A program made the position numbers and the translations under genes. From NCBI GenBank assembly GCA_018609125.1, contig JABAYF010000010.1, positions 23,477-87,476 on the forward strand: a stretch of 64,000 bases of DNA. Direction: 5' to 3'. The notes under the pieces are model-generated. The model was not told the origin of the DNA. It made no database searches and saw nothing but the letters and a program-made list of their open reading frames with translations. This stretch comes from Candidatus Nanopelagicales bacterium. Lineage in GTDB: Bacteria; Actinomycetota; Actinomycetes; S36-B12. The number at the start of each line of letters is the position of its first letter. Within the stretch, counting starts at the first letter, position 1. Below are positions 22,061 to 32,301 of the stretch, one piece after another.

Positions 22061-22897
22061 TTACGCCGAGGCGTCAGCCTTCTTCACTGGGATGTCCTTT
22101 GTTTCCTGTGCCTCGAAGGCCGGATCGTCGTCGAAGCTCTTGATCCGAGCGATCTTGTAAATCAACAGACCGAACAGACACTTGGCAAGGACGTCGGCTA
22201 CGGAGTAACCGATCTGGCGGTACACGAAGGAATCGGCACCATCGAGCCCGAACATGGGGAACATGTAGGAGATCGGGTAAACGCCCCACGTGGCCAGCAG
22301 CAGCCAGCGCAGACCCGCCAGCTCTTTGCCCACCTGGTTGGGCTGGCTCTTTGCCGCCCGGCTGAGTTCCACGAACAACACGTAGAGGATGTAGATGAAC
22401 GGAATTGTAGAAAGCGCGCCCCATACGGCCTTGGGAGCGATCTCGTTGGTGATCTCGCCGGGGAAGCCCAGAATGATCATCAGTGCCGAAGCGGGAATCA
22501 ACTTCCACAGCAGCGAACTACGTACGGCGCGGGGAAGTGCCAGCACAGCAATGGTCTCAAAAAGGAGCAGCGGGACGGTCAGCAACCAGTCCACATAGCG
22601 GTAGCCCTCATTGAAGCCTACGCCCTTCACCAACTGGTAGGAATCCTGCACGCCAGGCGCGCCGGCTTCAATTGCCACGTAGGCATCGGAGAAGGAGTTG
22701 AAGATTCGGAAGTAGTGGTAGGCGGCGATCAAGCACACCATCGCGGACACCACGACGGCGACGCGATAGCGAGGAAGAACGCGTGCTTGCACTACGAGAA
22801 GAAAGATTGTGGTTGCGCCCATGGCTGCCAGAGCTAGGGACAAGACGTTATAGACAGCTTGGAACTGCCCATTCGTCAGCATTTCAACATTGGCCAC
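22061..22897 (-). CDS. actR: Actinorhodopsin/xanthorhodopsin-type light-driven proton pump (DTE motif)
   Basis: Seven TM; AAYHYFR, YRYVDWLLTVPLLLFE (D-T-E), WGALSTIPF, WGVYP, ADVLAK retinal lysine; GGAGG RBS. Confidence 0.95.
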   Translation of the reverse strand: MANVEMLTNGQFQAVYNVLSLALAAMGATTIFLLVVQARVLPRYRVAVVVSAMVCLIAAYHYFRIFNSFSDAYVAIEAGAPGVQDSYQLVKGVGFNEGYRYVDWLLTVPLLLFETIAVLALPRAVRSSLLWKLIPASALMIILGFPGEITNEIAPKAVWGALSTIPFIYILYVLFVELSRAAKSQPNQVGKELAGLRWLLLATWGVYPISYMFPMFGLDGADSFVYRQIGYSVADVLAKCLFGLLIYKIARIKSFDDDPAFEAQETKDIPVKKADASA

Positions 22898-23091
22898 GTG
22901 AATTACCTCCGGGTAGGGGGCCTGGACTACCCAGGTCCCGAATGCGTCAAGTTAGCGGTTAAGGACGTATCGTGAGGGGCACATTGCTCCCTTTTTAGCA
23001 ATTGCGCAAGTTGACGCACCCATGAAGCGATATTTTTTTCCCGCTGGGGGTGTGAAATTCCACCGTAAACGCTGGAACCTAGGCTGAGGGC

Positions 23092-23523
23092 ATGTTGCGA
23101 ATCGGACAGGACCTTCTTGACGCTGTCGTGGCGCACGCGCGGGCTGATCACCCCGATGAAGCATGCGGGGTCATTGCCGGGGCCGAGGGCTCAGATGAAC
23201 CGAGTCGATTTGTGCCCATGATCAATGCCGCTCGGTCGCCCACATTTTATGAGTTCGATTCCCGTGATCTGCTTGCGCTTTATCGCGACATGGATGCTCG
23301 CGGTGAGGAACCGATCGTGATCTATCACTCTCATACCGCAACGCAGGCCTATCCGTCCCGGACTGATGTTGCGTACGCATCAGAGCCCCAGGCGCACTAT
23401 TTGCTGGTGTCTACCCGAGAGTCCGGCCGCGAACCGGGCCCGGCTGAGATCCGGTCCTATCGGATTGTAGAGGGTGCGGTTGTTGAGGAGGAAGTGCAGA
23501 TAGTAGCGTCGCCGGGTCGCTGA
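23092..23523 (+). CDS. mec: JAB/Mov34 metallopeptidase (CysO-cysteine peptidase)
   Basis: PDEACG, IYHSHTATQAYPSRTD; upstream of cysO-cysM. Confidence 0.92.
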   Translation: MLRIGQDLLDAVVAHARADHPDEACGVIAGAEGSDEPSRFVPMINAARSPTFYEFDSRDLLALYRDMDARGEEPIVIYHSHTATQAYPSRTDVAYASEPQAHYLLVSTRESGREPGPAEIRSYRIVEGAVVEEEVQIVASPGR

Positions 23524-23622
23524 GCCGATGCGTCTGGCATAGCCTTGGACTCGTCCGGATAGTTGCCCGAGGTGTTCAAGTACATTCACGCCTGCCGTAA
23601 TGAGTGAAATGGAGATTCGGTT

Positions 23623-23895
23623 ATGTCCGTCGAGGTACGCATTCCCACTATTTTGCGTCCCTACACGGACGGGGTAAAAATCGTTGAGGCTCAGGGCGAT
23701 TCCCTCGCCGCGGTCATTACCGATCTGGATACTCGCTACACCGGCATCGGCGAGCGGCTCGTCGAAGAAGGTAGTTTGCGCAGATTTATTAATGTGTACC
23801 TCAATGACGAAGACGTGCGCTTCCTCGGTGGAATTGACACCCCGGTTGCTGACGGCGACTCGGTCACTATTTTGCCCGCCGTCGCCGGCGGTTAG
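23623..23895 (+). CDS. cysO: Ubiquitin-like sulfur carrier CysO (MoaD/ThiS family)
   Basis: IPTILR, RFINVYLNDEDVRF, C-terminal PAVAGG. Confidence 0.9.
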   Translation: MSVEVRIPTILRPYTDGVKIVEAQGDSLAAVITDLDTRYTGIGERLVEEGSLRRFINVYLNDEDVRFLGGIDTPVADGDSVTILPAVAGG

Positions 23896-24858
<963 letters not shown>

Positions 24859-24869
24859 CCTGTGGTTCT

Positions 24870-25718
24870 ATGAGCGTGACGGGCAATGTCCAACAAAATG
24901 ACTTTCAGGCTATCGATTCAGATCGGCCCATCGGCATTTTTGATTCCGGCGTCGGCGGCCTGACGGTAGCCCGGGCAGTTCTCGATCAACTCCCGCACGA
25001 GCCCATCTACTACGTCGGCGATACTGCGCGGGGCCCCTACGGGCCGTTACCGATCGCGGACGTGCGCGCATACGCCCTCAACGTCATGGACCACCTTGTC
25101 GAAACTGGCGTAAAGATGCTGGTCATCGCTTGCAATTCTGCTAGCGCTGCCGTTTTGCGAGATGCTCGCGAGCGCTACGAAGTTCCTGTGGTGGAGGTGG
25201 TTCACCCCGCCGTTCGTCGTGCCGTGCGAGCCACTCGATCGGGGCGCGTAGGTGTGATTGGCACACGGGCAACGATCGCTAGCCGCGCCTATGACGATGC
25301 TTTCGCCGCCGCACCCGATTTGGTTCTCACTTCGCAGGCATGTCCGCGCTTTGTTGAGTATGTTGAACGAGGGATTACTTCGGGTCCGGGACTCCTTGAT
25401 GTGGCTGATGAGTACCTCTCCCGGTTGAAATCTGCACAAATCGACACCCTCGTGCTCGGATGCACGCACTACCCGCTTCTGACCGGGGTGATCTCCTACG
25501 TGATGGGCGATGAGGTCACGCTGGTGTCTAGCGCTGAAGAAACAGCCAAGGATGTCTATCGCACTTTGATAGCGCACAGTCTGACCCGGTCTGATGCGTT
25601 GCCAGCGCCTGTTCATCGCTTCGTTGCCACGGGCGATGCCGATGATTTCGCCAGACTCGGTGGTCGATTCCTCGGCCCGGAGATCACGGTTGTCGAACAG
25701 ATAGGCTCACCGCTATGA
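24870..25718 (+). CDS. murI: Glutamate racemase
   Basis: [24 protein letters not shown]. Confidence 0.96.
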   Translation: MSVTGNVQQNDFQAIDSDRPIGIFDSGVGGLTVARAVLDQLPHEPIYYVGDTARGPYGPLPIADVRAYALNVMDHLVETGVKMLVIACNSASAAVLRDARERYEVPVVEVVHPAVRRAVRATRSGRVGVIGTRATIASRAYDDAFAAAPDLVLTSQACPRFVEYVERGITSGPGLLDVADEYLSRLKSAQIDTLVLGCTHYPLLTGVISYVMGDEVTLVSSAEETAKDVYRTLIAHSLTRSDALPAPVHRFVATGDADDFARLGGRFLGPEITVVEQIGSPL

Positions 25719-26446
25719 CACGTACCGATGGCCGAACCGCCCATGAACTTCGACCCGTCACCTTTCAACGCGGCTGGCTGGAACAGGCGGAAGGTTCGGC
25801 GCTGGTGTCCTTTGGGCGCACGCGCGTTCTCTGCACAGCATCTTTCACTCCTGGGGTGCCTCGTTGGCTACGCGATTCAGGCACCGGCTGGATAACCGCG
25901 GAATATGCCATGTTGCCGCGGGCAACCAACACGCGAAATAGTCGTGAATCGGTGAAGGGTAAGCTGGGTGGACGAACCCAGGAGATTTCTCGGCTCATCG
26001 GTCGGAGTCTGCGCGCTATTATCGATACAAAAGCGCTGGGAGAGAACACCATTGTTCTGGACTGCGACGTGTTGCAAGCCGACGGCGGCACCCGTACGGC
26101 AGCCATCACCGGCGCCTATGTCGCCCTGGCCGACGCCCTCTCCTGGGCTCGGGAGCACGGGCACGTGCGCGGCAATCCGCTGAAGGATTCTGTAGCTGCG
26201 GTTAGCGTGGGCATCGTTGAGGGTGAAACTCGACTCGACTTGCACTACGACGACGACGTGAATGCCGACACCGATATGAACGTTGTGATGACCGGTTCTG
26301 GGCAGTATGTGGAAGTTCAAGGCACCGCCGAAGGCGACCCCTTCGATCGAGTACTCCTCGACGAGTTGCTGGCCTTGGCGGCCAATGGCTGCGAAGAACT
26401 CACATCACTACAGAGGGCAGTGTTGGCAGAGTCGAGCGCCCGATAG
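25715..26446 (+). CDS. rph: Ribonuclease PH
   Basis: [44 protein letters not shown]. Confidence 0.97.
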   Translation: MTRTDGRTAHELRPVTFQRGWLEQAEGSALVSFGRTRVLCTASFTPGVPRWLRDSGTGWITAEYAMLPRATNTRNSRESVKGKLGGRTQEISRLIGRSLRAIIDTKALGENTIVLDCDVLQADGGTRTAAITGAYVALADALSWAREHGHVRGNPLKDSVAAVSVGIVEGETRLDLHYDDDVNADTDMNVVMTGSGQYVEVQGTAEGDPFDRVLLDELLALAANGCEELTSLQRAVLAESSAR

Positions 26447-27036
26447 TGCGCCAGGTTGTTTTGGCCACGCGCAATCAGCACAAAATTGACGAAGTGACCC
26501 GGATCCTGGCCGGAGCGGGCACGGAAATTGACGTCCTAGCCCTGCCTGCCGACGCACCAGAGGTGGTGGAGTCTGGCGCGACATTTGCGGCCAACGCCAT
26601 GCTTAAGGCCCGATCTGCGGCCGCACACACCGGATTAGTGTCTATCGCCGATGATTCTGGCCTGTGCGTCGATGCTTTGAACGGGATGCCCGGCGTACTC
26701 TCTGCTCGTTGGGCCGGCACCCACGGCGACGACGCGGCTAATCTTGCGCTCTTGGTCGCCCAACTCGTCGATGTCGTTCCGGTGCGTCGCGGGGCGCAGT
26801 TTGTGTGCGCTGCAGCCGTAGTCGATCCACGCTCTGGCGATGAGCGTGTGGTCGAGGGAGTGCTGGAGGGCCGCATTGGTACCGAGGCGCGAGGGTTGAA
26901 CGGATTCGGTTACGACCCCATTTTTATTCCAGACGGCGCGGAACTGACCACCGCGCAACTGCAGCCGGGCGAGAAGGACGCGATGAGTCACCGAGGATCA
27001 GCCTTTCGCGCCGTTGCTGCCCTCCTGGTGCTCTAA
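26446..27036 (+). CDS. rdgB: dITP/XTP pyrophosphatase
   Basis: LATRNQHK, ADDSGL, PGVLSAR, GFGYDP, SHRG. Confidence 0.95.
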   Translation: MRQVVLATRNQHKIDEVTRILAGAGTEIDVLALPADAPEVVESGATFAANAMLKARSAAAHTGLVSIADDSGLCVDALNGMPGVLSARWAGTHGDDAANLALLVAQLVDVVPVRRGAQFVCAAAVVDPRSGDERVVEGVLEGRIGTEARGLNGFGYDPIFIPDGAELTTAQLQPGEKDAMSHRGSAFRAVAALLVL

Positions 27037-27100
27037 GGTCCGGCCATCAATTTCGCCGGATCGAATTGCGATCGGCTAGTAGTGCGTTATTGTATGGAGC

Positions 27101-27216
27101 AGCAAGGGGAGTATCCCGGTTCAACCGGTGGTCGTCAGCACGGCGTAGACAATGCGCCCGGTCACTGGGTCGGCGTCCGCACCGATGGGCACAGACACCG
27201 ATGGGCAGAGACCTTG
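27101..27216 (+). ncRNA. yybP-ykoY (Mn2+-sensing) riboswitch aptamer
   Basis: CAAGG-GGAGTA-TCCC at the 5' end; CCGGTGGT/GTCACTGG stem enclosing CGTCAGCA-CGGCG..CGCCCG; closes with GGGCAGAGA-CCTTG (P1 CAAGG 27103-27107 pairs with CCTTG 27212-27216); TATTGT -10 at 27088-27093. Confidence 0.85.
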
Positions 27217-27266
27217 TGTCGTACACACGCGAGAGATTCTCCTGTGTGCTCAGACACGAAGGAAAG
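27212..27266 (+). promoter_or_regulatory. RBS-sequestering hairpin (riboswitch expression platform)
   Basis: CCTTGTGTC pairs with GACACGAAGG, which includes the SD (GAAGGAAAG); inner stems GTACACA/TGTGTGC and GAGA/TCTC; competes with the P1 3' strand. Confidence 0.75.
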
Positions 27267-27270
27267 CCCC

Positions 27271-27786
27271 ATGTCAACCGCTGAATCTCCTTCCCCCACC
27301 GGTTCCATCGAACGCGATGTCGAACTGCGGGAGCGACACATCGCCCGTCAAAAGCCCAGCCTCACACCGGAGGGCTTCGATCTGATCAACGAAAGAATCG
27401 CTGACATTCATCAGCGGCGGTTGCCGGCACTGCGTCCCTTGCTCGTAGAGCACGAGCGTGACGAGCGCGATGTGGCCGCCTTTGAATCCCTGCTCGCTGA
27501 GGTTGTCGAGTGGGAGGCGCTCCTCGCCCAGGCTCAGGTGCTTGCACCGTCGGAATTCGTCAATCTCACCGAGGTCGGGCTTGGTTCCCGTGTTCACATC
27601 GCCTGCCCCGACGGTGAAACCATGTGGGTACGTCCGGTACATCCACGTGAAGCGTTCCTCGACGACGAGCGCATCTCGGTTGCTTCGCCGCTGGGTGCGG
27701 CACTTATGGGCGCTGCTGTGGGTGCGCAACTGCAGGTACCGGCTCCGACCGGTTCCTGGTGTGCGACGGTCCGTGCGATTGAGTAG
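27271..27786 (+). CDS. GreA/GreB-family paralogue (Gfh/Rv3788-like RNA polymerase secondary-channel factor)
   Basis: LTPEG..coiled coil; C-domain VGLGSRV..ISVASPLGAALMGAAVG..VPAPTG; lacks GDLSENAEY, tip reads EHERDERD. Confidence 0.85.
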   Translation: MSTAESPSPTGSIERDVELRERHIARQKPSLTPEGFDLINERIADIHQRRLPALRPLLVEHERDERDVAAFESLLAEVVEWEALLAQAQVLAPSEFVNLTEVGLGSRVHIACPDGETMWVRPVHPREAFLDDERISVASPLGAALMGAAVGAQLQVPAPTGSWCATVRAIE

Positions 27787-27847
27787 TGGGCGGTGTCGGA
27801 GCAGACTCCTAGGATGAGGTCATGCATCTGGGCGGGCGAGGGCGGCC

Positions 27848-29053
27848 GTGAAATTCCTGCACACCTCCGACTGGCATCTGGGGCGAGGGCTTCGCGGACA
27901 CGATTTGTCAGCCGCCCAGCAGGTGGCCCTAGATGCAGTCATCGACATTGCAATTGAGCATAATGTCGATGCGTTCGTTATCGCCGGCGACATATTTGAT
28001 CGTGCATTCCCCGCGGTTGACGATGTACGCAGATTCAACCGTGCTCTTCGCCGAATAAATGACGCCCAGATTCCTATCATCGTTACTTCCGGCAACCACG
28101 ATGAGGGCGCCCGATTAGCCGCCTACACCGAGCTTTTGAAAGATTCGGTGACGGTGATCGGAGAGTACGACCAGGTGGGCCACCGCGTGGATCTTGGTGA
28201 CAGCGCCGGACCGGTGGTTTTCTACCCACTGCCCTATCTCGACCCAGATGGTGCGCGGCGAAGTTTGGTCGCAGCCGATGCGCAGATGCTGGAACGCAGT
28301 CACGAGGCCGTCATGTCTGAAGCGATGAGACGAATCCGACTCGACCTCGCCCAGCGCCAGGTTGACCAGCCAACCACCCGCGCCGTTGTCGTGGCCCATG
28401 CTTTTGTCGTCAGCGGAACGCAAACCGCCGAAGGCCTGTTGGCCGAGCAATCCACGAGCGAAAGAGATATTTCTGTCGGGGGAGTGCCCTCGGTACCGGC
28501 CGGTGTGTTTGACGGTGTTCACTATGTCGCACTCGGTCATCTTCACGGGCCACGCACCGTGCAGGAACACGAACCCATGGTGCGGTACTCCGGATCACTG
28601 CTGCGCTATTCCATTTCTGAGCGAAACCACCGTAAGTCAGTGACGATCGTTGACATGGACGGCGACGGGCACTGCACGGTTGAGGAGATTGAGATCCCAC
28701 AGCCGGCGCGCATGACCCGTCTAGAAGGTGAACTCGCAGAGCTTGTCTCCGGTAAATTTCACCAGCACCACGACGACTTCGTCGACATCGTCTTGACCGA
28801 TAAATTCAAGGCCCCAAACGAGTGGGCGCAACTGAACGCGAAGTTCACCCGCATCCTTACCGTGACCCATCAGCGGTCAGCGGATGATTTATGGGAAAGC
28901 GACAAACTATCCGCCGCAATGGTGTTAACGAAATCTCCGCTGGACCTCATGCGCAGTTTCTACCTGCAAGAGAGAAACGAAGCGCTCACTCCATCCATGG
29001 AGAGCATTCTGGTCGACGTGGTGGAACAAGCCCAAGGCCACGGGAAGTCCTAG
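27848..29053 (+). CDS. sbcD: SbcD/Mre11-type nuclease subunit
   Basis: HTSDWHLG, AGDIFD, SGNHD, ALGHLH, YSGS. Confidence 0.95.
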   Translation: MKFLHTSDWHLGRGLRGHDLSAAQQVALDAVIDIAIEHNVDAFVIAGDIFDRAFPAVDDVRRFNRALRRINDAQIPIIVTSGNHDEGARLAAYTELLKDSVTVIGEYDQVGHRVDLGDSAGPVVFYPLPYLDPDGARRSLVAADAQMLERSHEAVMSEAMRRIRLDLAQRQVDQPTTRAVVVAHAFVVSGTQTAEGLLAEQSTSERDISVGGVPSVPAGVFDGVHYVALGHLHGPRTVQEHEPMVRYSGSLLRYSISERNHRKSVTIVDMDGDGHCTVEEIEIPQPARMTRLEGELAELVSGKFHQHHDDFVDIVLTDKFKAPNEWAQLNAKFTRILTVTHQRSADDLWESDKLSAAMVLTKSPLDLMRSFYLQERNEALTPSMESILVDVVEQAQGHGKS

Positions 29054-29054
29054 C

Positions 29055-31805
29055 ATGCGCATCCGGTGGCTTGAGTTTGTCGGTTTCGGGCCTTACCGCG
29101 ACCGTCAGGTGATTGATTTTGATCAACTTGGCGAGTCCGGGCTGTACCTCATCAACGGCCCCACGGGAGCTGGGAAATCCACGATCATTGATGCGATTTG
29201 CTATGCACTCTATGGCCGGTTGGCCGGCGACGATGCCGATGCCAGCCGAATGCGATCGGACTTTTGTGCCCCAAACGAAAGCACCCAGGTCGTCGCGATC
29301 TTCCAGGTGGCCGCGGGCACTTTTCGAGTAGAACGCTCACCGGAGTACACCCGACCCAAACTCCGGGGTGGGGGTGACACCAAATCCCATGCCACCTGCA
29401 AGCTTTTTCGCATCGGCGAAAATGGAGTCGAGAAAGAAGTCGCGCATCAAGTGGCGTCAGCCAATAGTGAGTTGCGCGAGATTCTGGGCCTTACCCGAGA
29501 CCAGTTTGTCCAAACCGTGGTGCTGCCCCAGGGGCAGTTCGCCACTTTCTTGACGGCAGACACAAAGGATCGAGTGGATCTGCTGAAGAAAATCTTCGCC
29601 ACTGATATTTACGAGCGCATCGCGCTGATCTTGAAGGAGCAGCAAAAGCAGGCAGGGGTAGAGCAAGCGGGCATCACTCATGACCTGCAGCGCAGTGTGA
29701 ACGCACTGGTGACAGAACTGAGCCAAGACGGCCATGTGGAGGCAGATCTGAATCAGTGGGTGACGGACAGCCTTGATGATCAACTGCTGACGGCACTGGC
29801 TGGTTATGGCCCTGCGCTGCAGTCGAGCAGTGCCCGGTTGCTCAAGGCTGCTCGTGTCGCGAGTGAGCAGGCCGAAGCTGCCGATGGCAATCGAATTTTA
29901 GCCCACCGAGAAGCCACCGCTCGCAATGCCAATATTGCGGCCGGGGAGAAGCTCCTCTCCAGCACGGTAGATATGGAAGCTAAGAAGACGGCCGTCTTGA
30001 CCCATCGGCAGGTGGCGTCATCGGTAGGTGTGGTGATTGACGACGACCCAGATGTGTCGGTATGGCGTTCCCGGGTGGGCGTAGTGGCGACTTCCATAGG
30101 GCAACTGCGGGCGTTACTCGACGACGAGCGTGCCCTGGAACACTGGCCAATGGAGCGGGCCCAGGCTGAGAAAGACATGGCCGCACTGGTCGACGATGTT
30201 GACGGGCTACGGGCGCTAAAGCAGCAGCTGCCCACACTCATTGAGCAACGTGAGTTCGACGTTGCTAGCAGACCTACTGCCGGTGAGCACATGTCGTTGC
30301 AGCAACGCCTGGACCAACTGAGTGCAGATGAACGGCGGCTTGTGGACTTCGCAGATTTGAGCGCGACTGAAATTGCATTGCGTGCGGAAGTTTCCCAAGC
30401 GACGCGAGCAGCAGAGGTCGCTGCCGCCGCGGCGGATCAGATCAGCCGCATGTTCCGCGAGAGTGCCGCCGGTTCCCTTGCCCAAGACCTGATCGATGGA
30501 CAACCATGTGGGGTTTGTGGGTCAAGCGTGCACCCGAACCCAGCGGTGAGTACCGGTGAAGCGATAAGCCTCGACGAAGTTGAACGCCTCAATCTTGCGT
30601 CCAGCACACGTCATCAAGAACTGGGCACGGCGCAAACGCGTCTACAAAACACAGTCGCAAAAATTGCGGAAATCCAGGTTTCAGCCCTGCCCCAATTGAA
30701 TGAACTGACAGCGCAGCGCCGAGACTTGGAAGATAGCCAGGAGGCGTTAGATCGGCGAGAATCAACCGCTGATCAGGCTGATCTTGCCCTGGTAGACCTG
30801 CGTCAAAATAGTGAGGCACTCAGCGCAAGAATTGCCGAGGCAAACACACAGATTGCAAAGGCTCAGACAGCGCTGAGTACACGCGCCGCGCACATGGAAG
30901 TGATACGAGTCAAGGTCGAGGGAGCACTTCATTCATCCGCATCGATCGAAGCTCGAATCCAGGTCACCGGTGAGTTTCATGTGGCGCTAGAAGCACTGGC
31001 TGTGTCGCTAGACGCCCTGAATCTGGCCACGACCGCTGCAGAGTTCTGTGGTGCAGCGCTCAGCGCATTTCCAGCACGCGAGCAGTTTGGTGATGTGGCT
31101 GCCGCCGAAGAGGACTGGGTCAGGCTCAGTGCAGCTAAGGATGAAGCAGCTGAGCAAGCGCGTGCCGCAACGGAACGGTTGCGCCGGTACACCGATGGCC
31201 TGGAGAACATCCAGCAATTGCTTGAACAACGAGTGCAACTGGTTGCCGGCAACTCCGAGTTGGCGCACCTGGCTGAAACGTTCAACAGTGGTCGTGGCAC
31301 TGATGTTGGCCTGCACATTTATGTACTGCGCGCACTGTTTGAAGAAGTAATGCTGCTGGCAAACGAGCGACTGAAAGACCTACTCAATGGTCGCTATCAA
31401 CTTGTTGTCGCCGATGAGTCCGCTGCCGACATGCGCAGTTTGCACGGCTTAGGTGTGGCCGTTAGCGATGCTCTCACGGATAAACCGCGACCTGCTGGGA
31501 GCCTCAGTGGTGGCGAAACATTTTGTGTTTCACTTGCCTTGGCCCTGGGGCTCTCCGATGCGGTACGCAGGAACGCCGGGGGCATTGAGATCCGCTCGCT
31601 GTTCGTTGATGAGGGGTTTGGCACGCTCGATAATGATCAACTCGATGAGGTTATGAATATGCTCAATCAACTCAGCGGCGCGGGCCGCCAGGTCGGGTTG
31701 ATCAGCCACGTGGAGAGCATGAAGGAAACGATCGGTGAACGTATTGAAGTACATGCGGTGCGCCTTGACCAACCCACTTCTTTAACCGTCAGCTGGATGA
31801 CCTAG
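29055..31805 (+). CDS. sbcC: SbcC/Rad50-type SMC ATPase
   Basis: GPTGAGKST, LPQGQF, zinc hook CGVCGS, LSGGETF, FVDEGFGTLD, ISHV. Confidence 0.95.
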   Translation: MRIRWLEFVGFGPYRDRQVIDFDQLGESGLYLINGPTGAGKSTIIDAICYALYGRLAGDDADASRMRSDFCAPNESTQVVAIFQVAAGTFRVERSPEYTRPKLRGGGDTKSHATCKLFRIGENGVEKEVAHQVASANSELREILGLTRDQFVQTVVLPQGQFATFLTADTKDRVDLLKKIFATDIYERIALILKEQQKQAGVEQAGITHDLQRSVNALVTELSQDGHVEADLNQWVTDSLDDQLLTALAGYGPALQSSSARLLKAARVASEQAEAADGNRILAHREATARNANIAAGEKLLSSTVDMEAKKTAVLTHRQVASSVGVVIDDDPDVSVWRSRVGVVATSIGQLRALLDDERALEHWPMERAQAEKDMAALVDDVDGLRALKQQLPTLIEQREFDVASRPTAGEHMSLQQRLDQLSADERRLVDFADLSATEIALRAEVSQATRAAEVAAAAADQISRMFRESAAGSLAQDLIDGQPCGVCGSSVHPNPAVSTGEAISLDEVERLNLASSTRHQELGTAQTRLQNTVAKIAEIQVSALPQLNELTAQRRDLEDSQEALDRRESTADQADLALVDLRQNSEALSARIAEANTQIAKAQTALSTRAAHMEVIRVKVEGALHSSASIEARIQVTGEFHVALEALAVSLDALNLATTAAEFCGAALSAFPAREQFGDVAAAEEDWVRLSAAKDEAAEQARAATERLRRYTDGLENIQQLLEQRVQLVAGNSELAHLAETFNSGRGTDVGLHIYVLRALFEEVMLLANERLKDLLNGRYQLVVADESAADMRSLHGLGVAVSDALTDKPRPAGSLSGGETFCVSLALALGLSDAVRRNAGGIEIRSLFVDEGFGTLDNDQLDEVMNMLNQLSGAGRQVGLISHVESMKETIGERIEVHAVRLDQPTSLTVSWMT

Positions 31806-31903
31806 GCGGGCTGGGTGCCGCTGATACAACAACGACCAACGGTGCAGGCTGTAGCCTCTGTCTGCGTTGAGACACTGGTGGCGCGGGGGCTGGAGGAAGG
31901 ACG

Positions 31904-32290
31904 ATGCTGTTGAAGAACAGGTGGCTAACCGGGTCTGCGTTGGCGGCCGGGGTTGTCTTGCTTTCGGCCTGCTCCGCTGGGCAGGCGGTGGTAGACCAGG
32001 CCCAGTCAGCCTTGGGCGTCACTGAAGGCGTACAGCAGGCCTGCGCCACGGCGCAGCCGGCCTGGGCCCCTGACGTAGATGCACCCGCCGCCCTGGCCGC
32101 CCTTACCGCGGCCAGCCGGCAGATCACCGATCTACTTGATGATGGTCAGACCGGGCCGGTTCTCGTGGCAGTCGACCAGGCCATCAATTCAGCGAGTGAT
32201 GTCATCACCCGCGACCCATCCCAGGTCACCCTGCGTGCGGCAGTTTCTGCCGTTCAAGCCGCTTGCGCGGTTGTGCCGAGCGCAGACTGA
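31904..32290 (+). CDS. Hypothetical lipoprotein
   Basis: Lipobox LSAC; helical Ala-rich body with two further Cys; GGAGG RBS. Confidence 0.7.
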   Translation: MLLKNRWLTGSALAAGVVLLSACSAGQAVVDQAQSALGVTEGVQQACATAQPAWAPDVDAPAALAALTAASRQITDLLDDGQTGPVLVAVDQAINSASDVITRDPSQVTLRAAVSAVQAACAVVPSAD

Positions 32291-32301
32291 GGCCGATAGA
32301 C

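Noticed and set aside
27037-27270. tRNA gene after rdgB, or the 63-aa N-terminal extension of ORF 27082..27786
   Set aside because: No cloverleaf or T-loop; the region fits a riboswitch, with an SD before ATG 27271
27848-31805. SMC-based defence system (Wadjet/Lamassu)
   Set aside because: Canonical SbcD motifs and Rad50 zinc hook; no accessory effector genes
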